This document shows, one piece after another, positions 13,880 to 26,844 of a DNA stretch of 64,000 nucleotides (position 1 is the first letter of the stretch; every line of letters starts with the position of its first letter). The notes below the pieces were generated by a model. The model did not search any database. It was not told the origin of the DNA and saw nothing but the letters and a program-made list of their open reading frames with translations. This stretch comes from Malacoraja senta (taxonomy: Eukaryota). The stretch spans positions 7,132,001-7,196,000 of the forward strand of contig CM075991.1 in assembly GCA_038087875.1 (NCBI GenBank). The letters run 5' to 3'. Made by a program: the position numbers and the translations under genes.

Positions 13880-14065
13880 GTCCACAGGCGGCTGTGGAGG
13901 CCAAGTCAATGGATAATTTTAAGGCAGAGTTTGATAGATTCTCGATTAGTACAGTTGCCAGAGGTTATGGGGAGAAAGCAGGAGAATGGGGTTGAGAGGT
14001 TAAGATTGATTAGCCATGATTGAATGGACTTGATGGGCCGAATGGCCTAATTCTGCTCCGATCAC
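13880..14065 (+). mobile_element. CR1 (HER1-like) LINE 3' fragment
   Basis: GTGGAGGCCAAGTCA..GATGGGCCGAATGGCCTAATTCTGCTCC tail. Confidence 0.75.
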
Positions 14066-14227
14066 TTGTGAACAGGTGCAAGCTGATGAGACCCTTTGTT
14101 GGGAATGGAGGGATATGGATCCTGTGCAGGCAGAGTTGATTACTTTAACATGGCATCATGTTTGCATGGACGTTGTGGGCCGATGGGCCTTGTTCCTGTG
14201 GTGTACTGTTCCATGTTCTGTTGTTCT

Positions 14228-15190
14228 AGAATTTAGAATTTTAGAATGCTATTTATTGTCATTCCAACCTAGGCTTGAACGAAATATCGTTACTACAGGT
14301 TTTAAATTTTTTTTTAATTTTTTTTTTTACATTACAAAAAAACCCAAGACCCACACTTAACACAGTTTACATAAACATCCATCACAGTGAGTCTCCAACA
14401 CCTCCTCACTGTGATGGAAGGCACTGTGATGGAAGTCTTATCTATTCCCTTTATTTTTCACTGCAGCGTCTAGGCGAACTGGGGCTCCGGTGTTAAAGCC
14501 CCCGGCGGACGATGGTAAGTCCTGTGGCCATTTAGCCACGCCGGGCGATGCCAGGCCCCGGCTCCGTGTCCTTCAAACCCCGCGGTTCAAGCAGTCCAAC
14601 CCGCAGTCCAACTGCAGCGTCTAGGCGAACTGGGGCTCCGATGTTAAAGCCCCCGGCAGACGATGGTAAGTCCCGTGGCCGCTAACCCGCGCCGGGCGAT
14701 GTTAGGCCTCACTCCGTGTCCTCCAAACCTCGCGATTCCAGCGGGAGAAGTTGCCGTTGCAGGAGCTCCGAAAAGCCGTCTCCCACCAGGGACCTGGAGC
14801 TCCCTATGTTCCTGTCCACCCGGCCCGCAGCCGGAGCTTCCGAAACTCCAAAGTCGGGCCACCACAGCTCTCCCCGCTCCAAAGTCGGCCAGCTCCGCGA
14901 TGTCAGGTCCCAGGCTCCGCGACTGGAGCCCTCAGGTTGGTCCCGGCCGGAGGCCGCCGCCGGCTCCACAATGTTAGGCCCAACGACATCGGAGATCCAA
15001 CAGGGAAAACGTCGGGTCCCCGTACAGGGAAGAGATTAACGGTTTCCCCAACATCCCCCCCTCCACCCCCCACATATACACAGCTAAAAATAATAAAAAC
15101 TAAGCTCAAGACATACATTTAACAAGACAAAATTTAAAAAAAAAGACGGACGACTGTAGTTGAACCGCTGCCGTTAGGTGCCGCCACTTC
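14228..15190 (-). mobile_element. Non-coding GC-rich retroelement with Rex/RTE-type tail and ~150-bp internal tandem repeat
   Basis: Minus-strand tail ATTTCGTT..GAATGACAATAAA plus ATTCTAA repeats; duplicated unit at 14460 and 14611; CpG-rich. Confidence 0.65.
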
Positions 15191-15371
15191 TATGGCAACG
15201 ACCGTCAATCCACACTAATTCACTATTCACTAAAGATTTAAATTTACTAATCGTAAGTGAAACTGTCATAAATTTAGCCGTTCCTCTAATGGTCCAGGGA
15301 TTATGAAATGAGTATTATTTTTTTCACAACCATATTTATTGTATGCATGAAACTGATCACTCATTAACCTA

Positions 15372-15776
15372 AAGATAGGCACAAAATGCGGGAGTAACTT
15401 AGCGGGTCGGGCAACATCTCTGGAGAAAAGGAATAGGCAACGTTTCAGGTCAAGACCCTTCTTCAGATGGAAGAAAGTTCCCGACTGGAAATGTCATCTA
15501 TTCTTTTTCTCCAGAGATGCTGCCTGACTCGCTGAGTTACTCCAGCATTATGTGTCTATCTTCGGTGTAAACCAGCATCTGCAGTTCCTTTCTACACGCT
15601 GGTGATTAACCCGATACTGCCACAATTGCAGACAAAGTGTGTTGGAAGGAACTGCAGATGCTGGTTTAAACTGAAGATAGACACAAAAAGCTGGAGTAAC
15701 TCAGCGGGTCAGGCAGCAACTCTGGAGAATAGGGATAGGCGTCTGAAGAAGGGTCTCAACCCGAAACATCACCTAC
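15372..15776. repeat. Cluster of Penelope terminal repeats in alternating orientation
   Basis: Arms at about 15372-15467 (-), 15470-15597 (+) and 15637-15776. Confidence 0.85.
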
Positions 15777-16065
15777 TTGACCCTGGAGTTGCTGCTTTTT
15801 GATAGAAGCACATACAAAATAAACTGAGGTGCTGTAATCAAAGTTTTTAATGTTTTCTAAGTCAACTTCTCAGTTGTACAATCAAGAATTAACAACGTGA
15901 CAGTACTTTGAGAACAATATTCCCAAAATCAATATGAAAAGTTGTGTAAATGGGCACCTCAGTACTGTCTGGAGATGTTGTGGTACACAGCAGTGCTGTT
16001 TGGTTTATCTGCATAATATTGCTTGAATATAATGTTATGTTCCGTGTATAATGACGGGCATATGA

Positions 16066-16743
16066 GTTTAGTTTAGTTTAGAGCGTAGAAACAGGCCCTT
16101 CGGCCCAGCGAGTCCGAGCTGACCAGCAATCACTCATTCGCTATTTCTATCCCACACACTCGGGACAATTTACAGAAGCGTGAAAAATATGCATCTTCTA
16201 GATGCTCTGGGATGCACCCTCAGTGATGTGACCTGGGATCATCGGGTGTATCAGGCCTCACAACATCAGACACCCTCGCCCAGACGACCCAGCCGGAGTT
16301 GATCAGGCCCCGACTTGCGTCCCAGCCGCAACCGCCCACGGATCAGCCATCTTAATAACTACTCTGCAGGGGTTTGGAGATCCTAGTGCGTGGAGGGACT
16401 GGGCTCTGTGGGGTGAGTCCTGGCCGGGCTCCTCCTGCATCTCACCAGGTTCAAGGCCTGTGCGATGCACCTCTTTCTCCTTCTCCGAGCATTTCATTCT
16501 CGCCTGATGGATTTTTAGGCCATGGTGGTTCATTAGGCCTTTCCTTAGCTTTATCGGAGCAAATTAACCTACAAACCTACACGTCTTTGGTATGTGGGAG
16601 GAAACCAGAGCACCCAGAGAAAACCCATGTGGTCACAGGGAGAACGTACAAACTCCATACAGACACCACCCGTAGTCAGGATTGAACCCGAGTCTCTGGC
16701 ACTATAAGGCAGCAACTCTACTGCTGCGCCTTTGTGCCGCCCA
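16066..16743 (-). mobile_element. HE1-like SINE split by a ~380-bp GC-rich insert (about 16179-16558)
   Basis: Tail half 16066-16178 and head half 16559-16743 rejoin as ACAGAAGC.AATTAACC. Confidence 0.8.
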
Positions 16744-18338
16744 AACGGGTATATGGGCAGAAGTGAGAAGGTAATCAACTTAAAAAATAATTATTACAGA
16801 GACAATTAGAAAGAAGAAGGATAATCAGTACAAGGAGAGTTGCAATATTGGTCATATGGCTGTATGATGTTTGGCTATATTTTTTGAGATACTTTGAAAT
16901 GTAGGCTAATTGTTAAAAAAGTTTTACTGAGCAACTTTATTGCAGATAGTGCAAAACCCGGGAGAGTAGAAAGGAAGACATTTCACAAGTCTATTTTCTT
17001 TGAAGTTATTTTGACAGCAATTATCAATGGATAAGAATGTTGGTTTCCAGTGGAATTAATCCAATCCTTCAAATGGGCAGGAGCCAAGAACATTTAGTTT
17101 GTGTTGTGAGATGCTATTGCGGAAAATACAAAAATAACTTGGCCCAAATGGATGAATTGCATGTTGTATATTTTACACAGTTGACTGGAAGTGTATATTT
17201 ACTTGCAATCCTTCCGAGCACCCTTGGTGCATAATGGGAACTTGAATCTAGCTTTGTGTAAATGTGGTTTGTCTTGACACGCAGACACTTGTCAAGTGTG
17301 ATACGTTGAATCACCATTCGGCACACATTGGCTGCTATGTTGGTGCTCGTGTAGGTGGCTGGGAAACAGTGTGAGACTTGCTGGAGGAGCACAGTCACGC
17401 AGTTTAGTTTATTGTCACGTGTACCGGGGTACAGTGAAAAGCTTTTGTTGCCTGCTATCCAGACAGTGGAAAGACAATACATGATTACAATCATGTCGTT
17501 TACAGTGTATAGACACGTGATAAAGGAATAATGGTTAGTGCGAGGTAAAACCCGCAAAGTCCGATCAAGGATAGTCCAAGGGTCGTCAAAGAGGATACCC
17601 AATACATGCCCTGTTGCGTTGAGAGGCAGTGCCCATTGAGAGTAATGGAACAAACTGATGTCCATTCCTTGTTCAGCAATATCGCAAAGAGGGTTGCAAT
17701 TTAAACGCCTAATTAGACCTTCCGCTGTGCTAGCACCAACCCCAAATCCATAGACTCCTTACAGCGCACAATGCCTGCATTTACCAATAATGACGAGATC
17801 CTTAGCCAAGGCATGAAAGAATTGCAGTGACTTTCAGAAAGAACTTTCCAAAAAGATGCCCAAGCAGTAGAAAAGAACACAAAGTTCTGGAGTAATTCAG
17901 CAGATCAAGCAGCATCTCTGGAGAACATGGATAGGCAACGAACTTTCGTTCAGATCGAAAGGTCTGAATGACAATAAAGGAATCTAAGTCTAAGTCATCT
18001 AAGTGACGTCTATTGACTGATTGAATGGACCCGACCCGAAACATCACCTATTCAGGTTCTCCGGAGATGCTGCTTGCCTCGTCGTGTTACTCCAGCACTT
18101 TGTCTTTTTTTTTAATGGTAAACCAGCATCTGTGGTTCCTTGTTTCTACCCAAGATTGAAGGGGCACAATTGCTTATTGAGAACTATTTTTTACCACTTG
18201 ACTTTCCAACTATTTAAGCCCCATTTGCTATTTTTTATAGATAGATTTGTTGATTACCTTCCTGTCAGGAACTGTGCAGTTATTTTCCAAAAGAAACAAA
18301 ATATTTCAAGGCACAACAACTTGCCGCTTTTATCCTTA

Positions 18339-18539
18339 AGGGTCTGTCCCACTTGGGCGTCATTTGCGCGTCACGCAGATGGCGCGCGAAGATTTTGCAC
18401 ATCACAAAATCCTGGGGCGCCGCTCGCGAACGCGCATCACTGCCTACGTCACCATGCACCATGCGCGCCTAATGCGCGCGTCGTGCGTCGTGACGCGTAA
18501 ATGATGTCGCGCAAATGACGCCCAAGTGGGACAGGCCCT
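18339..18539. mobile_element. PIF/Harbinger-like MITE, 201 bp
   Basis: 32-bp TIR AGGG(T/C)CTGTCCCACTTGGGCGTCATTTGCGCG; flanks TTA and TAA. Confidence 0.85.
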
Positions 18540-20599
18540 TAACCGTCCTTATCTGTCAACTTACTTGCTGCTGTGTCACAGTCAGATTACTGATCTAGAA
18601 AACACATTCAACATTAATAACATCAATTGATAAAGTGCACTGAAGGAAAATCTATCTCCGGTTGGTAGCTGGACTGGAAAAGCTGGATGTAAACGGTGTT
18701 ATCAAACATGCTTTACTATGGTTGTAGGATGCTGCTTAATTCTCCAAATTCCTTCCAGAAAGGACATCTCACAGATGGGAAAATGAAGGCACAGGTGTTA
18801 TTCCTGTAAGCTTCTTTGCCCCATGGGATCAAGCTGTGTGTTGTCTTCACTTGATCAGTCGCGTAACCTTCTGAAACTATTTTCTTTGTTGGAAACTCAA
18901 GTGTTCTTAAGGCATGTGTAGGAAGGAACTGCAGATAAAGCAAAGATAGGCACAAAAAAGCTGGAGTAACTCAGCGGGTCAGACAGCAATGCGAGAGAAA
19001 AGGAATAGGTAACGTTTCGGCTCGAGACCCCACACAGATAAAGCAGTTGTGTTGTGATTTGTATGAGAAAGAACAAGTTGTTCATGGTTAGCCCTTGAAG
19101 GTTTTCATTCACGGGACATAGAAATGAGTGGTTCGGTGACCGCAATGCAGTCAACGTTTACTGCTCTTCCCCAACTGAACAGAATGACTTGTAGAATCAA
19201 AGACACAAAGTGCTGGAGTAACTCAGCGGGTCAGGAGCATTCCTGGAGGACGTACAGAAGTGATGTTTTGGGTCGAAATCCTTCTCCAGACGGAATAAAA
19301 TGACTTGCTGGAGCTGCATGCAGGCGAGATTGGATGGTGACGGATTTCTTTCAAGAGTCAAGAGTGTGTTTTATTGTCATATTTCCCAAAATGGAACGAT
19401 GGAACAATGAAATTCTTTCTTGCAGCAGCACACAGATATGTAAACATAATACTCCGTACAATCCATTATAAACAATAAAAAAGTTCAGTATAGGCTTCGG
19501 TAAAAAAAAGAAATTGTCCTTATAAATTGTAATTGTCCTCAGGATAGTGCTCGTATATGGGATCACTGGTCGACATGGACTTGGTGGGCAGAAGGGCTTG
19601 ATTCCTCGCTGTATCTCTAAAATCTAAAGTCTAACTGCAATAGTTGTTATTTCACTTTTCTGGCATTTTTTTGCTCCTGTCTCTCTGCCTTTCCTCACTC
19701 ATCTATAAAGTAGACAGTACCAAAAGAATCATTTAGTTTAAACCACCTCCATCTCCACCCTATTGCAGACATTGCCTTTGTTCTCTTGACCCATCTTCCT
19801 CTCTGCCACTAGATACAGAATTGTTTTCACACGTTTCCAATTCCAAGGAAGAGTTATTGACCTGAAGTGTTAATTCTGTTTTTCTCTCTGACCTGCTGAA
19901 CATATCCACAGCTTTCAGTTTTTATTTTGTTTCCAGCATCTGTAGTTCGATTGTAGAAACAAGGAACTGCAGATGCTGGTAAATACACACAAGGACACGC
20001 GGTGCTGGAGTAACTCAGCAGGTCAGGCAGCATTGCTGGAGAACATGGACAGGTGATGTTTTGGGTCGAGACCCTTCTTCAGACTGATTGCAGAAGGAAG
20101 CTGTAAGAGGGGAGAGGCAGGACAGAGCCTGGCAGGTACTAGGCGGACATCGGCGAGGGGGGATTTTGATAGGCAAGAGGATGGAACAAAGGCCAGAAAT
20201 AATAGCAGGTGTAAGACAGGATTGAACAGCTCCAAATTATGAAGCCAGAGAGAGGAAGGAAAATCTCTGGTCTCCTCCCGCACTCCAAAGACGTACAGGT
20301 TTGTAGGTTAATAATTATAAATTGTCCCTAGTGTGTGTAGGGTCGTGTTAGTGTGCGGGGATTGCTGGTGGGTATGGACGCGATGGGCTGAAGGGCCTAT
20401 TTCCAGCTGTATCTCAATACTAAACCGAACGAATGTGCATGGCTCATGGCCGGAATCTGTTAACACCATGCTATAACTTATCCCTCATTTCATATTACAG
20501 TAAGCAGACTATCTGGTCAGCATCACTTATTTGTGATCTTGCTGTGCATACATTAGCTATATTGTTACACTGACTGCACAATGAGAGGACTTTAGACTT

Positions 20600-21105
20600 T
20601 AGACAATAGACAATAGGTGCTGGAGTAGGTCATTCGGCCCTGTGTGCCAACATCGCCATTCAATGTGATCATGGCTGATCATCCACAATCAGTACCCCGT
20701 TCCTGCCTTCTCCCCATATCCCATGACTCCGCTATCTTACAGAGCCCCATGTAGCTCTCTCTTGAAAGTATCCAGAGAACCGACCTCCACTGCCCTCTGA
20801 GGCAGAGAATTCCACAGACTTACAACTAACTCTCTGTATGAAAAAGTGTTTCCTCATCTCCATTCTAAATGGTTTACCCCTTATTCTTAAACTGTGGCCC
20901 CTGGTTCTGGGCTCTCCCAACATCGGGAACATGTTTCCTGCCTCCAGCGTGTCCAAACCCATAATAATCTTATATGTTTCAATAAGATCCCCTCTCCTCC
21001 TTCTAAATTCCAGAGTATACAAGCCCAGGCGCTCCATTCTCTCAGCATATGACAGTCCCGCCATCCCGGGAATTAAGCTTGTGAACCTACGCTGCACTCC
21101 CTCAA
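20600..21105 (-). mobile_element. CR1 (HER1-like) LINE 3' fragment
   Basis: EGVQRRFTSLIPGMAGLSYAERMERLGLYTLEFRRRRGDLIETYKI..RTRGH; tail of ATTGTCT repeats. Confidence 0.92.
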
Positions 21106-21398
21106 TAGAGATACAGCGCGGAAACAGGCCCTTTGACTCATTGTGCCCGTGCCGATCAGCGATCTCCCCGTACACTAGCACTATCCTACACATGAGGGAG
21201 ATTTTTTTACCGAAGCCAATTAACCTAAAAACCTGTACGCTTTTGGAGTGTGGGAGGAAACCAGAGCACCTGGTGAAAACCCACACGGTTATGGGGAGAA
21301 CGTACTAATTCCATACAGACAGCATCCATAGTCAGGATCAAACTCAGGTCCCTAGGACTGTAAGGCAGCAACTCTACCGCTGCGCCACTGTGCCGCCC
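21106..21398 (-). mobile_element. HE1-like SINE
   Basis: Matches the other copies; abuts a CR1 fragment. Confidence 0.85.
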
Positions 21399-22205
21399 GT
21401 TATTGATTGTAAAGTATCACGGGATATCCTGGGATTCGGAAATAATCGACATTACGTCTTTGTTTTCTATTAATCTTCATACTCACTACAAAGCTATCTT
21501 CGTATCAATTTATTTTTTCAGTCAGCCTCGACAACAATATTTGTGAGCAATCAAGTTCCTTTTTTTTGCACAGTGGTATACCAGTGAATTAATGAAGCAA
21601 TTCTTTTTTTTTCTTTTTGAATACGAATGGGACGAATTTTATTCCCACGTTTGACATGTATTTCTTTCTCCGGGAGAATGTAACCAACAAAAAACATGAA
21701 TCTGCAGCTGTGTTCCCTGCAATGCACCAGTATTTACGATCCTTAATGGGCAATTGTGGTTTGTAATCTGTTTCTGAGTATTTTTAGGTCTCTAGCTGCC
21801 AAGAAAGCTGCCAACAGGAACTAGAATTGTACCCATACTCTTTTCAAGTTTGCAAAATAACAACCAAAGACGACTTTCTATTGACCTATTACATGTTAAA
21901 AAATGTCTTAAGCCCCCAAATACACAAGGAGCCACTCCTTTGGATTTTAAAATCGATGTTAAAGAGAGTACCTCCACAAAATATGTACCAATTTTACTTC
22001 AGTTGTTGTGGATGACAATATTGTGCGCTCTTTCATGTCCTCTCGTTCTTTAATTCCTTCTCGAGATATATTTTTCATTTCCAGCCTAGTTTATTTGGTT
22101 TAAGTTAAAAAAGCAAACTGCTGGGAGAAACCAATTGGGTCCAATTTGCATCTTTGGAGGAAAAGGGACAGTTGATATTTTGGATTTGTTAAGCAATTTA
22201 CATTG

Positions 22206-22505
22206 GGGTAGCGCAGTGGTGCAGCGGGAGAACTGCTGCCTTAAAGCACAAGAGGCCCATGTTCGATCCTGACTACAGATGCTGTCTGTAAGGAGTTTGT
22301 ACATTCTTCCTGTGACCGTGTGGGTTTTCTCCGGGTGCTCTGGTTTCCTCCCACATTCCAAAGATGTACAGGTTTGTAGGTTAATTGGCTTTGGTAAAAT
22401 TGGAAATTGTCCCTTGTACGTAGGATAGTGCTAGTGTACGGGGTGATCGCTGCTCGGCGCGGACTCAGTGTGCTGAAGGGCCTATTTCCACGCTGTATCT
22501 CTAAA
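22206..22505 (+). mobile_element. HE1-like SINE
   Basis: A and B boxes, central domain, tail. Confidence 0.85.
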
Positions 22506-22694
22506 ATGTCTAAAGGGTTGAACCCCTGCATCTTTACCTTCACAAATGTTGCTTGACCCACTGAGCCCCAATAGCAGTTTTTCTTTGCTTCAGATTCCAG
22601 CATCTGCAGTCTCTTGTGTCTTGATCAAGTTCAAGTCTGAACTTGATCAAGACACAAACTCCTTGATCAACTCCTGAACTTGATCAACTTGATC

Positions 22695-22962
22695 GGAGCC
22701 TGAAGACTGCAACGACCAGGTTCAGGAACAGCTACTTCCCCACAGCCATCAGGCTATTAAACCTGGCTCGGACATAACACTGAACTTTATTAGCCAATAC
22801 TGTTATTTGCACTTTATCAGTATATTGACCATTGTGTATATATTTATAGAATGCCTTGTAGTAAATGCCTACTATGTTCTGTTGTGCTCAAGCAAAGCAA
22901 GAATTTCATTGTCCTACCAGGGACACATGACAATAAACTCACTTGACTTGACTTGACTTGAA
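22695..22962 (+). mobile_element. Rex1/Babar-type 3' end
   Basis: Encodes SLKTATTRFRNSYFPTAIRLLN; tail GACAATAAA plus CTTGA repeats. Confidence 0.8.
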
Positions 22963-23714
22963 GTCTTGGTCGACTGGGGATCCAGTGCAGTGGTGAAGAT
23001 TTGCCATTTTGCCAAAAGTCTCGCACTTCTCAGGAGACGTTTACATGGGGATCTCGTCTGCCTGTTTGAGTCACTCGGTTGAATGCTAAATACCCCCAAA
23101 TTGCCGTGAGAATAAATGTACAAAAATCTCCTTAACTGGAACCGTTACCGAAGCAAAACAGATGAAAATTGCCATGCATCTTATTAATGTTTGTGTGATT
23201 GTACTGCAATTAACATGGCTGCTCTATTTAGCAATACAACAATTAGGGTAAAGCATTTCTTGTGCAGATGGGCATGTTAAAGCAATTGATAAAAATTACT
23301 CTGACTATCTCGTAAATAAAACCAGATCCTTTTGACACTTTTCCTTTCTAAATCTCCTTCAATGTATTTGCTAAACACTGTATTGTGAAGGATTATAGGG
23401 AGAGCAGGGAAAACCTGGGTGTAGAGGGTGATGAGGTATCGGACACAGATTATGATTCATGGCTTCTCATATCGTAGCCTAACATTCCTCTGAGTCTTTG
23501 TCCTGACAGATAGTTTCAGTCAGACACTGGTAAAAATTATAGGCAGGAGGGGAGTTGAACTTTGTACAAGTTATAAAATGGTTTGCTGTGTCTCAGAGGA
23601 AAACCCCGCCAGCTAATTGGCGTTAGATCTGGGATATAACAACATCTGTGATCCGTGTGAATGTAGTGGCTGTTCAGAATCCTTGGTGGAACACAGAACA
23701 AAACAACACAGGAA

Positions 23715-24000
23715 TGGCCCCTTTGGCCCACGCTGTTGGTGTCAAATATGATGCCAAGTTAAATATGATCTCATCTGTCTGCACGTGATCCATATCCCTG
23801 TATTCTCAGCACTTCCATGTGTCTCTAAAAGCCTCTTAAACGCCAATATTGTTTCTACCACCACCACCCCTGGCAATGTTTTCCAGCCCTGCGTTACTCT
23901 CTGTGTAAAAAAACTTGACCCACATATCTCCTTAAATGACCTGTATTTTCCTCTCTCACTTATAGCTACGCCCCCTAGTGTTGGCAATTTCCACCCTGGC
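23715..24000 (-). mobile_element. CR1 LINE 3' fragment, older
   Basis: FFTQRV..W..LPG motif and CR1 tail. Confidence 0.7.
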
Positions 24001-24127
24001 TGTCTCCCCTAACTACTCCTCTCATAATTCTGCATACAAATGTATGTGTATACAAGTGCACTCTAAAGAAATGCTTACATGAGTGTATAGACTTGTGTGT
24101 ACAAGTGAAGGAGTGGGAAGCAGTTTA

Positions 24128-24358
24128 TACAATAGACAATAGACAATTGACAATAGGTGCAGGAGTAGGCCATTCCGCCCTTCGAGCCACCATCGCCATT
24201 CAATGTGATCATGGCTGATCATCGCCAATCAGTACCCCGTTCCTGCCTCCTCCCCATATCTACTGACTCCGCTATTTTTAAGAGCCCTATCCAGCTCTCT
24301 CTTGAAAGCATCCAGAGAACCTGCCTCCAGCGCCCTCTGAGGCAGAGAATTCCACAGA
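24128..24358 (-). mobile_element. CR1 LINE 3' fragment
   Basis: LWNSLPQRALEAGSLDAFKRELD; same family as 20600-21105. Confidence 0.88.
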
Positions 24359-24991
24359 CACACAGATCCACGTAAAGTGTATCTCATTTTTTTCTCCTTA
24401 CCACTTCTTCTCTCCCATGTCACATTCTACGGTACCATTTTTGTTTTCTTTTCCACTACCGCCTCTCCCTGGCATGACCATTTCCCTGCGAGAAAGAGCT
24501 ATCCATGTTCTCCAGAGATGCTGTGTGACCCGTTGAGTTACTCCAGCACTTTGTCTCTTTTTTTCTCAGCAGAACGGCAGCCCCAGTGAAATCATTGAGA
24601 AGAAACAGCTCTCCGCAGATCAATTGGTCGACAGTTTTATTTGATCTAATTAAGTTTTATAAGCATGTAAAATTATGCTTTAATTTATTAATAATTTAAG
24701 TGAATATTTTTGCTTTAATTTTATGCTTTAATTTATACATTTTTAAAAATATTTTACTTTTTTTAATCCTTTGGTGTGTTTTTGAATATTGGCGATTGCG
24801 TGAACATTCTTCTCAGCTTTCTCAGCCGGTTGAGAAACATCTGGGGATGTTTGCTCATTGGCTGTCTAAATGCCTCTTAATTGACTACATACTGGGACAG
24901 GGCCTCAAATAGCAGCTGGTCTTCCAACACAAGGCAGGAGTTGGAAGAAACTGTGCTCCAACGGCACTCTGTTGGCAGAAGACATTGTCCG

Positions 24992-25380
24992 TTTTTGTTG
25001 TTGTTTTTTTTTGTTTTTTTTGTTTTAATTTTTATTTATTAGAAGTACATTACATTACAACCACATACATTAATACTCGTCATTTGTATCTTCTTACAAT
25101 TAATGTACTCCCTTTATTTTTTTTTACACTAGAAAAGGAAAAGATTGAAAGAAAGAAGAAAGTGAAGGAAAAAGTGAAAGTGTAGAAAAGTGTAGAAAAT
25201 GTAACAACAGAAAAGGACGAAGACCCTATAAGAGCGAAATTAAAAACTAAAAAAAAAAAGTTAAGAGATAGGCCCTAGGAAAAAAAAAGAGAAAGAGAGG
25301 AAAAAAGAAAAAAATATATATATTTTTTTTTTGAGTATTACGTAAATAGGACATACCAACTCTTCAACTATCATCCCCCC
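24992..25380 (-). mobile_element. 5'-truncated 3' UTR of the same L1 family, more diverged
   Basis: Reverse complement of about 4984-5357 with a degenerate poly-A; begins at the GGGGGGATGATAGTTGAAG motif; no clear TSD. Confidence 0.93.
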
Positions 25381-25574
25381 AGTTCAGTGATAGAGTGTGG
25401 AAACAAGCCCTTTGACCCTTTGACCCACCGAGTCCGTGCCGATCAGCGATCCTCGCACGCTAACAGACTTCAGATGCTGGAATCTGATCAAAGACAAACT
25501 GCAGGAAGGACTCAGTGGGTCAAACGACATTTGTGAAGGTAAAGATGCAGGGTCTCAACCCTTTAGATTTTTTT

Positions 25575-25868
25575 GAGATACAGCGCAGAAACAGGCCCTT
25601 CGGCCCACCGAGTCCGCACTGACCAGCGATCACCCCATACATTAACATTATCCTACACACACTAGGGACAATATCATTATACCAAGCCTATCAACCTATC
25701 AACCTGCACGTGTTTGGAACGTAGGAGGAAACTGGAGCATCCGGAGAAAACCCACGCAGGTCACGGGGAGAACGTACAAATTCCGTACTGACAGCCCCCG
25801 TGGTCAGGATCGAACCCGGGACTCTGGCGCTATAAGGCAGCAACTCTACCACTGCGCCACCGTGCCGC
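25575..25868 (-). mobile_element. HE1-like SINE
   Basis: Matches the other copies. Confidence 0.85.
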
Positions 25869-26232
25869 TCACATTGTAAAAATATCAAATGCTGTCCATG
25901 GCACCTCTACCTCGCTATTTGTGGTTCAATGGTTTCTTCATTATCACATGCACCAAGATACAGTGAGGTTCTTATTTTGCATACAGATCATTACCATACA
26001 TGTGGACAATCCCCGGTGAAACAGCCCCACTGAGTCTATATGCAATAGTCGCCAGGTTTTGGCACCATTTCACAGTCCCAACTGCAGCTGGCCATAAAGG
26101 CCCATTACAGCCCTCACCTCCAGCCTGTCATCCCATCAATCATCATCCTCCCCCCTGCCAGGTCATCTTCAAACTTTGTGCCCCGGGGACGCGTCCTGCA
26201 GCCGACCTTGAGCGGCGCGGAAGGTAAGTTTG

Positions 26233-26437
26233 AGGGCGGCATGTTGGTGTAGCGGTACAGCACCAGACACCCGGGATCGATCCTGACTATGGGTGCTGTC
26301 TGTACGGAGTTGGTTTTTTCCGGATGCTCCGGTTTACTTCCACACTCCACAGACATGCTGTTTTGTAGGTTAATAGGCTTCCGCTGGGCTGAAGGGCCTG
26401 TTTCCACACTGTATCTTTCAAGTTTAAAGTTTAAAGT
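26233..26437 (+). mobile_element. HE1-like SINE with internal deletions
   Basis: Head and tail present, middle shortened. Confidence 0.75.
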
Positions 26438-26496
26438 AAGACCTTCCTAGTTCTTCCTATCGTCCCTTGTCCAACGTCTGCCACCAATGCTGAATC

Positions 26497-26696
26497 NNNN
26501 NNNNNNNNNNNNNNNNNNNNNNNNNNNNNNNNNNNNNNNNNNNNNNNNNNNNNNNNNNNNNNNNNNNNNNNNNNNNNNNNNNNNNNNNNNNNNNNNNNNN
26601 NNNNNNNNNNNNNNNNNNNNNNNNNNNNNNNNNNNNNNNNNNNNNNNNNNNNNNNNNNNNNNNNNNNNNNNNNNNNNNNNNNNNNNNNNNNNNNNN
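26497..26696. other. Assembly gap of exactly 200 N
   Basis: Round-number N run typical of a scaffolding join. Confidence 0.99.
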
Positions 26697-26844
26697 GTCA
26701 TGGTTTAATTGTCTGAAGAAGAGTCTCGATCCGAAACATTACCCATCCCTTCTCTCCAGGGATGCTGCCTGTCCCCTGAGTTACTCCAGCTCTTTGTGTC
26801 TATATTCAGTTTTAAAACAGCATCCTTCCGACACATGGTTTAAT

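Noticed and set aside
17114..17665. 183-aa minus-strand ORF
   Set aside because: Runs through a LINE 3' UTR fragment; no recognisable domain.
20732..21286. 184-aa ORF as a novel fusion gene
   Set aside because: Chance read-through from an HE1 SINE into a CR1 fragment.
26447..26708. ORFs containing X runs
   Set aside because: Artefacts of the N gap.
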